Shown piece after piece: positions 16,307 through 24,694 of a DNA stretch of 64,000 nt. Made by a program: the position numbers and the translations under genes. Within the stretch, counting starts at the first letter, position 1. Every line of letters starts with the position of its first letter. The notes beneath the pieces are model-generated. The model was not told the DNA's origin and ran no database searches. It was given only the letters and a program-made list of their open reading frames with translations. Source of the DNA: Thermodesulfobacteriota bacterium (lineage in GTDB: Bacteria > Desulfobacterota > Desulfobacteria > Desulfobacterales > JARGFK01); contig JBFLWU010000007.1 of NCBI GenBank assembly GCA_040757625.1, positions 66,163 to 130,162 on the forward strand. Direction: 5' to 3'.

Positions 16307-18106
16307 TTAATAGTAGTACCAGATCGACCGGTAGTCGGCCAAATTTTCGCCCCGGCCTTTCAATCTTTTTAAATAATCATAGATCGGGACATCCGTGTAT
16401 ACATAGGTATCGGCCAGCGACAATTGCTTTTCCCAGGGGTGAAACTCATAGACCCTGCTGCCGTCGGGCAGAATGGAAATGACATCATGGTGCTGGGTGG
16501 CACGCAGGTAGTTTTTTCCCAGACCGGGGACGTTGAAGACGATTTCATCGGTCCGGTCGGTCCCCGGCAGGAGGCGGGCTTCCTCCTTCTGCTCCTGCAG
16601 CAGACGTGCAATCGGCACCCGGTAATCGTCTGTTTCCTCCTTGCCTTTGGTGTTAAAGGTATAGTAGGGCGTCACACCGATTAAACGCAGCCGGTGGCGC
16701 AGGGCAGCAGCTTCGAATTTTCTGGAATTGTAGAAGGTATAAACGAGCTGGTTGTATACCTCGATGCCGTAGCGGCGAAATTTTTGAACCGCCGCCATTG
16801 CCTGGGGCGTAATTTCGTATGGATGCTCGAAATGGGTCACGATGATGATTTCACGCTTGCCGGGATGATGGAAATGATTGATGTCCCGCACCAGGGAATC
16901 GGTAATGCGCTGGGGCAGCGTCACCGGGGTGCGGGTGCCGATCCGAATCCGGTCGATGTGTTTAATGCGCGACAGCCGGTATAACAGGTTTTCTATTCTG
17001 GCATTTGACAGTAGCATGGGATCGCCGCCGGTGATAAGGACCTCGCTGATCTCCGGCGTTGCAGCGATCCATTCAATCGCTTTTTTCAGCTTTTCCTTGG
17101 GCAGGGTTGCGGCCGGCGAATATACGTCTTCGATTTCCCAGTTGCGCTGGCAATACACGCAGATTTGCGGACAGGTCAGCATGGGCTTGAGAATCACAAT
17201 CCGGGGATAGCGCCGGGTAATGCCCTCGATGGGTGAAGTGTTCCGCTCCAGCATGAAATCCATCGAGCACTCGGAAGCATCTCTGAGTTGTTTCAACGTT
17301 TGAACATAATGAAGGGTTGGAATCACCTGGGCCCGCAGAGCCGCATCGTTGCCGTTAACGGATTGATGGTCGAGCAGCGACAGGTAATACGGCGTGATGC
17401 CGAAGGCGATTTTATATTCACGCGCCAGTTTAACGGCCTGATACTCCTCATCCGATAGTTTGACGAGCGCATTCAGGGTTTCAGCGTCTCTGACAATGTG
17501 CCGGGTCTGCCACTGCCACTGATCCCATTCAAGTTCGGTGGCGCCGAAATGCTTCAATATCCGGGCCTTGTGGCTGATTCTGTAGCGAATCACATCGTGA
17601 TCCAGCCCATGGGGATACCGTTTCAGGAATGCATCGGCCGAAGCGGCCATGCGCGAGAGATCGGCGGATCGTAAGATTGCGGCCCTGCGCCCCTCGTATC
17701 TTGTAAACGCCGGAATCTTATCGGGATAAATTCCGGCCCTGCCCACAACGCCCTTGATCAGGTGCTCCACTTCGGCCAGAAAACCGGGCCCGGGATCAGG
17801 CTGATCCTTTAGATCGAACCCGTTTAGAAGGGCGTCGATATACCTCAGGAAACTGAATCCGGCCAGCTGTTCACTGCGAACCGACAAGATATTGCGAAAC
17901 ACGCCGATGGCATCGCGGGTTAAAACCCATTCCAGCGGTGGAAGAGCGGGGTTGTCTTCAAATGTCGCCATCAGCATATCCGATAAAAGCATTTTGATTT
18001 TTTTTCTTTTGGCTTTGACGGGCTCCCTTGAAATAAAGATGGATGCAAGGGCGGGTACCTGATGTACCAGTTGAACCAGTTTTTTTCTGGTACTTTCAAT
18101 TTTCAT
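16307..18106 (-). CDS. KamA-family (lysine 2,3-aminomutase-like) radical SAM protein with a ~250 aa N-terminal extension
   Basis: CPQICVYCQR (CX3CX2C) followed by the KamA-like EVLITGGDP and RIGTRTPV. The length is 599 aa. Confidence 0.85.
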   Translation of the reverse strand: MKIESTRKKLVQLVHQVPALASIFISREPVKAKRKKIKMLLSDMLMATFEDNPALPPLEWVLTRDAIGVFRNILSVRSEQLAGFSFLRYIDALLNGFDLKDQPDPGPGFLAEVEHLIKGVVGRAGIYPDKIPAFTRYEGRRAAILRSADLSRMAASADAFLKRYPHGLDHDVIRYRISHKARILKHFGATELEWDQWQWQTRHIVRDAETLNALVKLSDEEYQAVKLAREYKIAFGITPYYLSLLDHQSVNGNDAALRAQVIPTLHYVQTLKQLRDASECSMDFMLERNTSPIEGITRRYPRIVILKPMLTCPQICVYCQRNWEIEDVYSPAATLPKEKLKKAIEWIAATPEISEVLITGGDPMLLSNARIENLLYRLSRIKHIDRIRIGTRTPVTLPQRITDSLVRDINHFHHPGKREIIIVTHFEHPYEITPQAMAAVQKFRRYGIEVYNQLVYTFYNSRKFEAAALRHRLRLIGVTPYYTFNTKGKEETDDYRVPIARLLQEQKEEARLLPGTDRTDEIVFNVPGLGKNYLRATQHHDVISILPDGSRVYEFHPWEKQLSLADTYVYTDVPIYDYLKRLKGRGENLADYRSIWYYY

Positions 18107-18172
18107 GCATTAAACTCCTTAATAGTACTTAACTATCAATTATAATTATATTTTTTATTTATATACCAACTT

Positions 18173-19609
18173 TTATCCGGATTGTAAAGGTTCGGTCTGG
18201 AGAGATTCCTGCCACCATCCGATGATGGAGCCGTAGCGCCGGAACCGAACCCTTTCTCTTTTCTCCACCTCGCGAATCCAGTCGGCCAGTCCTGAGGCGT
18301 GATGAATGATCAGTGGGGTGCTGTGCTCGGGAAGGATGTCCGGGGCCAGCGCGTAGCGATCGATAATTTCCCTGATGTTTAGGGATGTTTGTTCGCTGTC
18401 CCAGGGGGTCGGATGGATAAACCCATGGTTGGCGCCATCGGCCCGGCTATATCCCCAAACGTTCGGAAATTCATCCTTGAGGCGGCGCATCCGGGATACA
18501 GCCTTCAGGATCGTTTGGACTGTCAGGCCCTTATTCAGGTTCCGCAAAATCGTATCATCGAAGGATTCGAACCCCACCGAGGCCAGAACGATCCGGATGC
18601 CCATTTCGCCTGCCAGCGACAGGGCTTCCCGCAGATTTTCGAATCCCCTGACAAACCAGTCTGCCCGCATGATCAGGTTTATGCGCGACAGCGGAATTTT
18701 TCTCTTTTCAGCCCCATAGAGCATCGGCAAGAGTCCTGCAAGCGGATTTTCATTGATCAGTTCAAATGGGATTTTGCGGCCGTCCGGGCCCACCGGCAAG
18801 GCGCCAATCTGGTCCAGAACAGCATCCGGGCTGACGACTCCCCGGAACCCCTTGTCTACCGCAACGTCGCAAAAGCTGCATCCCTTTATATCCGAGGCGA
18901 CTGTCAGCCCTTTCCGGTTATAGAAAAATGCCGGATAATCGATCTCAACTTTTCTCCTGCGGGCGGCATGCGGGCATCCGATCTGCTGCAGTACCTGGGC
19001 GCTGTCGACCCGATGGGGAGTTATCCGCGACTTTTCCAGCCGACAAATATTATCCCAGCGCACGGACCCAAAGTATCTCTCATTCCAGGGCAGGCGGTTT
19101 CTCTGAACAACCTTGCCGCCGGGCCCGATAAAAAGAAGACCGGGAACATCGCGCCGACGGTCGACATCCATCGCCGCCAGCAGCCCAAAAGATTGTTCGG
19201 CCGGCCCCTGCAACGCGCAGGAAAAATGCCCGGAAAGCCCCTGAAAACGATGCGGGAAATCCCCGCAGCCGACTTCTCCCCTGAAGTCCACATCCGCCTG
19301 AGGGCCGGCCAGAAGGGTAAAACAGCCTTCCTCTTTAAGTTCTTTGGCGAAGTTGAAGAGATCCTCGCGGCCGCTGAGGCTGGAAAATCCGATGATGGGG
19401 CGTTCAGATCCAAAATAGTCGAACAAGGCTTCTTTGAGCTGGGATTTATCATCCTCGCGGCTGATCGCGATGACGATACACGCGTAAGGTGTGTGGGCTT
19501 CAATCAATGTCGCCGCCAACTGGGGCCCCAGCAGCCCATAGGTTCCACCGGCAAAATAGCTGGTGATGACGACCATTTTCTTTTTTGATTTGGATGGATA
19601 CGTATCCAT
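18173..19609 (-). CDS. radical-SAM-like protein with a B12-binding-like N-terminal domain and a non-canonical Cys motif
   Basis: GFESFDDTILRNLNKGLTVQTILKAV is a typical radical-SAM barrel motif, but only GCSFC is present where RGCPxxCxFC is expected. The start is uncertain (TTG 19633, ATG 19609 or ATG 19576). Confidence 0.45.
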   Translation of the reverse strand: MDTYPSKSKKKMVVITSYFAGGTYGLLGPQLAATLIEAHTPYACIVIAISREDDKSQLKEALFDYFGSERPIIGFSSLSGREDLFNFAKELKEEGCFTLLAGPQADVDFRGEVGCGDFPHRFQGLSGHFSCALQGPAEQSFGLLAAMDVDRRRDVPGLLFIGPGGKVVQRNRLPWNERYFGSVRWDNICRLEKSRITPHRVDSAQVLQQIGCPHAARRRKVEIDYPAFFYNRKGLTVASDIKGCSFCDVAVDKGFRGVVSPDAVLDQIGALPVGPDGRKIPFELINENPLAGLLPMLYGAEKRKIPLSRINLIMRADWFVRGFENLREALSLAGEMGIRIVLASVGFESFDDTILRNLNKGLTVQTILKAVSRMRRLKDEFPNVWGYSRADGANHGFIHPTPWDSEQTSLNIREIIDRYALAPDILPEHSTPLIIHHASGLADWIREVEKRERVRFRRYGSIIGWWQESLQTEPLQSG

Positions 19610-20162
19610 TCTTCCTTGTCCCGGTTGAAACAATAATAGCTTTCGAACCGATACGACGTTTCGGCTCTTTTTCCCGCTTATTTCATGAAAAATTTTTTTC
19701 AGCCAGCTGAAAAAATTATGATAAGGGCCGTTTAGACACGAATACGGGGCAAATATAAAGGGTACAAAATGTTACTTCATTTGGAACAAGAAAAACAACT
19801 GAAAATTTTCACCCATCGGACGCAGCGCATTCGCCCATTTGCTGCGTTATCCGGGGCGTGCAAATGAACGAATGCACTTCGTGAAATAACCGGATTAATC
19901 CATGATCATATTTAAGCGCTTGGGGGTGCGGATTTTCGTTGGCTGCGCCTGATGAGATGGCGGCTGAAATGGATTGAAAAAGGATGGCTCAAAAAAAGGA
20001 AAATGCGCAAAACTGCCGAAACCTGTATATGATTGGAAAATAAGGTTTCCACGGGCTTGCGCCCGTGGTTATTTGCTGATGATCATGCTTATCAATGCGT
20101 GATAAAACGAGTCGCAAAATCACCGTCGTTCTCGGCCGTGCCGGCAACAGCGGCAGTCGGTC

Positions 20163-20444
20163 TTAAAATCGTCTCGGTTTAAACGGTTTTTTTGCGCGTT
20201 TGCCCCCCGGGTTCGCCGGGTTTACCTTGATATTCTTCCCTTCGATGAGTTTCCCGTTTAAGGCCTTGATCGCCTGGTCCGCTTCCGAATTGTTCGGCAT
20301 TTCCACGAAACCGAAACCTTTCGATCTGCCGGAAAACCGGTCCATGATGATTTTGGCGCTTTCAATTTCGCCGAACTCGGCAAACAGTGCTTTTAATCCG
20401 TCCTCGTTAAGGCTGTAAGCTAAATTGCCCACATAAATATTCAT
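20163..20444 (-). CDS. RRM-type RNA-binding protein
   Basis: RNP2 IYVGNL, RNP1 KGFGFVEM, and a basic tail. Confidence 0.88.
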   Translation of the reverse strand: MNIYVGNLAYSLNEDGLKALFAEFGEIESAKIIMDRFSGRSKGFGFVEMPNNSEADQAIKALNGKLIEGKNIKVNPANPGGKRAKKPFKPRRF

Positions 20445-20509
20445 TTAAACATCCTTTCCCTTGTTATGTTACATTGGTTCATCATTAAATTGCGGCATCA
20501 CCCGATTGA

Positions 20510-20553
20510 TTGAAAAAACAAAGGGCACTCCTCCCCTTTCGAAGGAATGCCCT
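20510..20553 (-). terminator. rho-independent terminator downstream of the cold-shock gene
   Basis: The minus-strand stem AAGGGCATTCC / GGAGTGCCCTT has one G-U pair and is followed by TTGTTTTTTC. Confidence 0.65.
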
Positions 20554-20572
20554 TTTGAATCAGAAGCCGGAA

Positions 20573-20773
20573 TTAGATCACCGTGACATTCACAGCTGCA
20601 GGACCTTTTTGTCCTTTTTCAATGTCGAATGTAACCCGGTCGCCTTCTTTAAGGGATTTAAAGCCTTCCGCCTTGATTCCGGAATGGTGCACAAACACAT
20701 CCGGACCGCCTTCCTGCTCAATAAATCCGAATCCTTTTCGATCATTAAACCATTTTACAATTCCCTCTGCCAT
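20573..20773 (-). CDS. cold-shock protein (CspA family)
   Basis: [18 protein letters not shown] and VFVHHS. The RBS AGGAGG lies 8 nt before the ATG at 20773. Confidence 0.92.
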   Translation of the reverse strand: MAEGIVKWFNDRKGFGFIEQEGGPDVFVHHSGIKAEGFKSLKEGDRVTFDIEKGQKGPAAVNVTVI

Positions 20774-20948
20774 AATCACATCCTCCTTTCTTGAATTTTC
20801 AATGTCTCAAACTGGAGGATGCCGCACCGGCAAACGAAAAGTTCCTTCAGAAGGAAACGTTCCTGCCCTCTTTGAAGCAGGCTTGAATAGTGATTGATAT
20901 TATCCGCTCTTATAACAGAATGCAAGCTAATTATTTATTTTTTTAAAA

Positions 20949-20980
20949 AAGAAGGGGCAAATCGCCCCCTCTTTTTTTTC
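20949..20980. terminator. bidirectional hairpin terminator downstream of the aor-ferredoxin operon
   Basis: The GAAGGGGC aaat(c) GCCCCCTC hairpin is flanked by A6/T6 on one side and T8 on the other. Confidence 0.55.
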
Positions 20981-21008
20981 GCCGCTTTCAGGCCGGCTTT
21001 GAACTCCT

Positions 21009-21503
21009 TTACTCCTGATGAAGGGCGGCAGCCTCCTTCTGGGCGGTTGAAAGCCTTTTGGCGGCATCCTTCTTCTTGGACTGGCTCAAACGGTCCGCAT
21101 CGATAAAAGCGACCGCCTTGACCTCGCAGAATCGCGCACACTGGGGGTCTCCGCCGCACAGGTCGCATTTCAGAACGGCCTTATCGATGGTGCTGTAATT
21201 CCTGGCGCCGAAGGGACAGACCGTCACGCAGGAGCGGCAGCCGATGCACTTTTCATAATCAATCACCACAAACCCGTCGCGCTCGTCGCGGGACGTTGCC
21301 TTAACCGGGCAGACGCTGATGCAGGGCGCGTCCTCGCACTGCTGGCAGGTCATGGGAACATACAGGCCTTCGGCTTCCCACTTCACCACCTTGATGCGGC
21401 TGCGGGCAGGGTTTGAAACCCCGTGGTGGGATACCGAACAGACCAGCTCGCACAGCCGGCAGCCGGTACATTTCTGATAATCTATCTTTAGGACTTTCTC
21501 CAT
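21009..21503 (-). CDS. 4x[4Fe-4S]-type ferredoxin subunit (AorA / DmsB-like electron-transfer subunit of AOR)
   Basis: Four Cys clusters (CTGCRLCELVC, CQQCEDAPC..C, CIGCRSCVTVC, CDLCGG..C..C). It lies immediately downstream of aor. Confidence 0.85.
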   Translation of the reverse strand: MEKVLKIDYQKCTGCRLCELVCSVSHHGVSNPARSRIKVVKWEAEGLYVPMTCQQCEDAPCISVCPVKATSRDERDGFVVIDYEKCIGCRSCVTVCPFGARNYSTIDKAVLKCDLCGGDPQCARFCEVKAVAFIDADRLSQSKKKDAAKRLSTAQKEAAALHQE

Positions 21504-21522
21504 TGTTTTCCTCCTTTACAAC

Positions 21523-23463
21523 TTATAAGAGATGGGACGGTTCCTTGTCCAGACCCAGGCGTTTTAATGTCTCCGGAGTGGGCACGCCGTTTTTGTCCCA
21601 GCCGTGATGGGCATAAAATTCGTCGATCATTTTTGCGAATTTTTTACGGTCGATTTTGGCTCCGATGACATCAGGCGCCCCCCGCAGACACGGCTCGTCA
21701 AAGTAACGATGGTTGAGCATATCGCCTTTTTTCAAGTCGTTGCGCGTCAACCCCTCCCGCAGATTGAACAACCGTTCGATATTGTTGCATCGTTCGGCGA
21801 TGTCCCATATGTCCTTGGGAGTCAGCTCCAGACCGGTATTGTAATACAGCACCTTGGGCCAATCCTCGAAATTCGGCAAAGTCGCCCCTAAAAAGGTTGT
21901 GTGATATTTGCAGATTCCCAGGCAGTCGACCGCCATGTAGCAATTCTCCTGCCAGAAAACCTGCCAGGGCTTGCCGATATATTCGGTATGCTCCGAACTT
22001 AAAGGACCGTCGTAGGGGACGGGGTTGCTGTATATCTTGCGCAAGACCTCTTCGGGGAGATGATACAGATCGATGGCCGGCCGGCTTCTCAGGTGATCGG
22101 ATCCCCGGGATGCGGTGGCGATATTCAGGGCCAGCCCGGGGGTGGCTCTTTCGTCTGAATGCAGGTTGTTCATGCCTTTGACCTGGATAAGGTAGTCAAA
22201 GGAATTCTTTCCGATCTTTTCCGACGCCGGGATGCCGCCGTCGGCCAGCGTATCCCCCAGCCAGCCGTCCCGGAAGCAGATGCGCCGAACCATCTCCAGC
22301 AGGGCTTCGTCATTGCCGAAGCGCAGTTCCAGACCGTCCGTCTCCTTGGTTGTGAGAATGCCCAGTTCGAAAAGTTCCATGGCCCAGGCAATCATGCTGC
22401 CGATCTCCAGATTGTCCACGCCCCACTGGTTCACCAGATGGTTGCCGGTCAGGACCGTCACGGCGCTTTTGCAATCAGGCTCACCGCCGAAGGCCCCCTG
22501 GGAGGTGTACTCCGGGCCTTCGTCATATTTCCCGGCATAAGGCCCCGTGGGAATTTTATACTTGGCGCGGCAGTGTACTTGGCAGGCGAAACAGCCGGTC
22601 ATATGGTGCGGCCCCATGGTTTCGGTGCAGATCTCGTCAATGCGCTCGGGCTCGATATCGTCGGCGTATTCGCACTGATTGTATTGGAAATTGCGGGTCC
22701 TGACGCCGCCCCAGGAATTGGTGGCGCCCCAGATAAACGGCGTCCCCAGGGTTCCCTGGGTTTGATTGACCTTGGCGCTGGTGATCTGGTCGATGAAGCG
22801 CTTGTTGTACTCCAGGGCATCGATGGGATGGGCGATTTTGATGTCCATGGTTCCCCGGGCGGCAATCGCCTTGAGATTTTTTGACCCCATCACCGCTCCC
22901 ATGCCGGTTCTGCCGCCGGAATTCTTGATGCCCGTCATGACGTTGGCAAACCGGACCAGATTCTCGCCGGCCGGACCGATCACCAGGCTTTTGATATCCT
23001 CGTCATCCAGTTCCTTGCGGATGGCCCACTGGGTTTCCGTGGTGGTCAGCCCCCAAAGATTGGCGGCGTCTCTAATTTCGATTGCGCCGTTATGGATCCA
23101 GAGATATACGGGCTTCTTGGCTTTTCCCTTGATGACCAGGTGATGAAATCCCGCCCAGGCCATTTCCGGCGCAAAGAAACCGCCCATATTGCAGCTTCCC
23201 AGCAGGTTGGTCAGGGGAGATTTTGCCATGACATGGGTCCGGGCGGTTGCCGATGCACAGGTCGCCGTCAGAATGCCGCCGCTGACCATTATGACGTTTT
23301 TGGGACCCAGGGGGTCCACGCCCTTCTTGGTGTGGTTATACAGCAGGTAGGCGTCCAGTCCCCGGCCGCCGAGAAATTTTCTGCGAATTTCCACCGGGAT
23401 CGGTTTGATTTCAATCTCTCCGCTGGTCAGATCGATATATGCAATCTTTCTATTTAAGGCCAT
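21523..23463 (-). CDS. aor: tungsten-type aldehyde:ferredoxin oxidoreductase family protein
   Basis: AOR N-terminus (IAYIDLTSGEI...FLGGRGL), and GMGAVMGSKNLKAI and RGSDHL motifs. The ATG at 23463 has RBS AAGGAGG. The track ORF start at 23613 is a 50-codon upstream extension. Confidence 0.9.
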   Translation of the reverse strand: MALNRKIAYIDLTSGEIEIKPIPVEIRRKFLGGRGLDAYLLYNHTKKGVDPLGPKNVIMVSGGILTATCASATARTHVMAKSPLTNLLGSCNMGGFFAPEMAWAGFHHLVIKGKAKKPVYLWIHNGAIEIRDAANLWGLTTTETQWAIRKELDDEDIKSLVIGPAGENLVRFANVMTGIKNSGGRTGMGAVMGSKNLKAIAARGTMDIKIAHPIDALEYNKRFIDQITSAKVNQTQGTLGTPFIWGATNSWGGVRTRNFQYNQCEYADDIEPERIDEICTETMGPHHMTGCFACQVHCRAKYKIPTGPYAGKYDEGPEYTSQGAFGGEPDCKSAVTVLTGNHLVNQWGVDNLEIGSMIAWAMELFELGILTTKETDGLELRFGNDEALLEMVRRICFRDGWLGDTLADGGIPASEKIGKNSFDYLIQVKGMNNLHSDERATPGLALNIATASRGSDHLRSRPAIDLYHLPEEVLRKIYSNPVPYDGPLSSEHTEYIGKPWQVFWQENCYMAVDCLGICKYHTTFLGATLPNFEDWPKVLYYNTGLELTPKDIWDIAERCNNIERLFNLREGLTRNDLKKGDMLNHRYFDEPCLRGAPDVIGAKIDRKKFAKMIDEFYAHHGWDKNGVPTPETLKRLGLDKEPSHLL

Positions 23464-23464
23464 T

Positions 23465-23737
23465 TTAACGTTCCTCCTTTGAAGCCAATTTTTCTGCGGC
23501 TGCTTTTTGCGCGATCTTGCGGTTGACGTCCCAGACCGGCCCGCGGATCCGCGGAAAATCGGGCCGGATCCATGCCACCCGAAATTCCAGGCCGCAGACC
23601 GGGCACTTGACATGATCGGATCCGGCCGTCGGCTCCAAACGCCCCATGCAGCTGGGATTGTGGCATCGGAACTTGCCGTAGGTCCGCGTCTTTCGCAGAC
23701 TCTCAGCCGCCGAAACTTTATCTTTCTCGATTGCCAT
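23465..23737 (-). CDS. small zinc-ribbon protein, translationally coupled to aor
   Basis: CHNPSC...CPVCG motif. Its stop TAA (23465-23467) is 1 nt from the aor ATG, and the aor RBS lies inside its 3' end. Confidence 0.5.
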   Translation of the reverse strand: MAIEKDKVSAAESLRKTRTYGKFRCHNPSCMGRLEPTAGSDHVKCPVCGLEFRVAWIRPDFPRIRGPVWDVNRKIAQKAAAEKLASKEER

Positions 23738-24029
23738 GATTGTCTCCTTTCAATATTGATTCAAAACATTAACATTCGTATTGCCATAAAGACTTTCTGA
23801 CTTTAGCAGGATGATTGATAGACTGGGCGAAAGGCACAAGGCGCACGGCGTACGGAAAAAGCGCATCCCCTCTTTCCTTGAACCGTGGGTCCCTATCCGT
23901 TAGCCATATTTGCCCACTGCTTACTGCCTGTTATTCACTTCTCCCCAATCCCTCTAACCCGCGACCTGCAACCCGTAACGCGTCATTATTATTTACTCGT
24001 TGCTGTTCCCCCTGTACCCAGATCCCTTC

Positions 24030-24560
24030 CTACGGGGCCATCCGCTTAATCGCCTCCATATACTTCTTTTTCTTGCAGCGCGGGCAGGTGGACAAGAGCG
24101 CCGCGATCTCTTTGCGACTTTCCAGGTTCACCAGATATTCCAATTCTTTTTTCGGCATCAGATACCCGCCGCAATCCGGGCACGTGACCGCATAGCGGGT
24201 ATGCCCGCGCTGCAGCATATACGCTCTAAGGTCCGTCATAAAACTTTGAAACAACACCCCGCTAGGGCAGTAAAACGTGCATTCTTCGCAGGTCAGGCAG
24301 AACCAGAAGGCCTCGTCGCCGACTTTGTCGGGTTCAAACAGGATCCGCTCCACAATCGCCCGGGACGACCGGCCGTAATCGTATCGACCGTAAAGATTTA
24401 CCATCGGACAAACGGCAGAGCATTTGCCGCACTCTAAACACAGGTTGAGGCGATAGTCGCTTTTGAATTTCTCGATGCTGCCCCGCTCAAATACCGGTAT
24501 CTGTTTTTTAGCTTGCGATTTCATAATCTTTAGGTGTTTAGCCTGAAGACTGCAGGCCAT
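24030..24560 (-). CDS. HdrC-like 2x[4Fe-4S] protein with a C-terminal zinc ribbon
   Basis: CLECGKCSAVCP and CLTCEECTFYCP, plus CPDCGG...CPRC. An alternative start exists at 24524. Confidence 0.7.
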   Translation of the reverse strand: MACSLQAKHLKIMKSQAKKQIPVFERGSIEKFKSDYRLNLCLECGKCSAVCPMVNLYGRYDYGRSSRAIVERILFEPDKVGDEAFWFCLTCEECTFYCPSGVLFQSFMTDLRAYMLQRGHTRYAVTCPDCGGYLMPKKELEYLVNLESRKEIAALLSTCPRCKKKKYMEAIKRMAP

Positions 24561-24694
24561 TGTTATTGCCTTGTCTTTCGGTTCACATTACCACGATGTC
24601 CGTTGTTTGCTGTCAGTTGTTCGTTGAAACCCTGCTTCGGACAACTGACTTTCAGCCAATCTCTTTCAGCCTTCAGTCTATTTACCTCCAGCCT
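24561..24694. repeat. intergenic heptad-word palindromic element between hdrA-like and hdrC-like genes
   Basis: The left end tttagcctgaagactgcagg (reaching into the 5' end of the longer hdrC-like ORF) matches the right end ctttcagccttcagtctatttacc. There is an internal 12-bp stem gtcagttgttcg / cggacaactgac. Confidence 0.6.

Noticed and set aside
18389-19588. A 399 aa ORF on the plus strand, antisense to the radical-SAM-like gene. Similar long antisense ORFs occur at 2095-2922, 4634-5431, 10694-11611, 22159-22884, 27581-28303, 41820-42887 and 55983-56876.
   Set aside because: Each lies opposite a gene with clear family motifs. The translations are Arg/Gly/Pro/Ala-rich, low-complexity sequences with no recognisable motifs. 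These are typical shadow ORFs of GC-biased coding regions.
21523-23613. Long N-terminal extensions proposed by the ORF track (AOR from 23613, ilvN from 5716, leuA from 9998, the HGD-family gene from 43832, the cytidylate-kinase-like gene from 31564, the thiolase from 39903, the flavin reductase from 51617 and the GNAT from 47241).
   Set aside because: In most cases an internal ATG preceded by a Shine-Dalgarno sequence coincides with the conserved family N-terminus, and the extensions read through intergenic or repeat DNA or overlap the upstream gene. The HGD-family start remains genuinely uncertain, because the RBS before 43730 is weak.
23771-23786. A sigma54-type promoter for the zinc-ribbon/aor operon (minus strand TGGCAATACGAATGTT).
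   Set aside because: It has two or three mismatches, including one in the -12 GC dinucleotide. No enhancer-like repeats lie upstream and no bEBP is encoded nearby. It is mentioned only as a weak possibility inside a finding.
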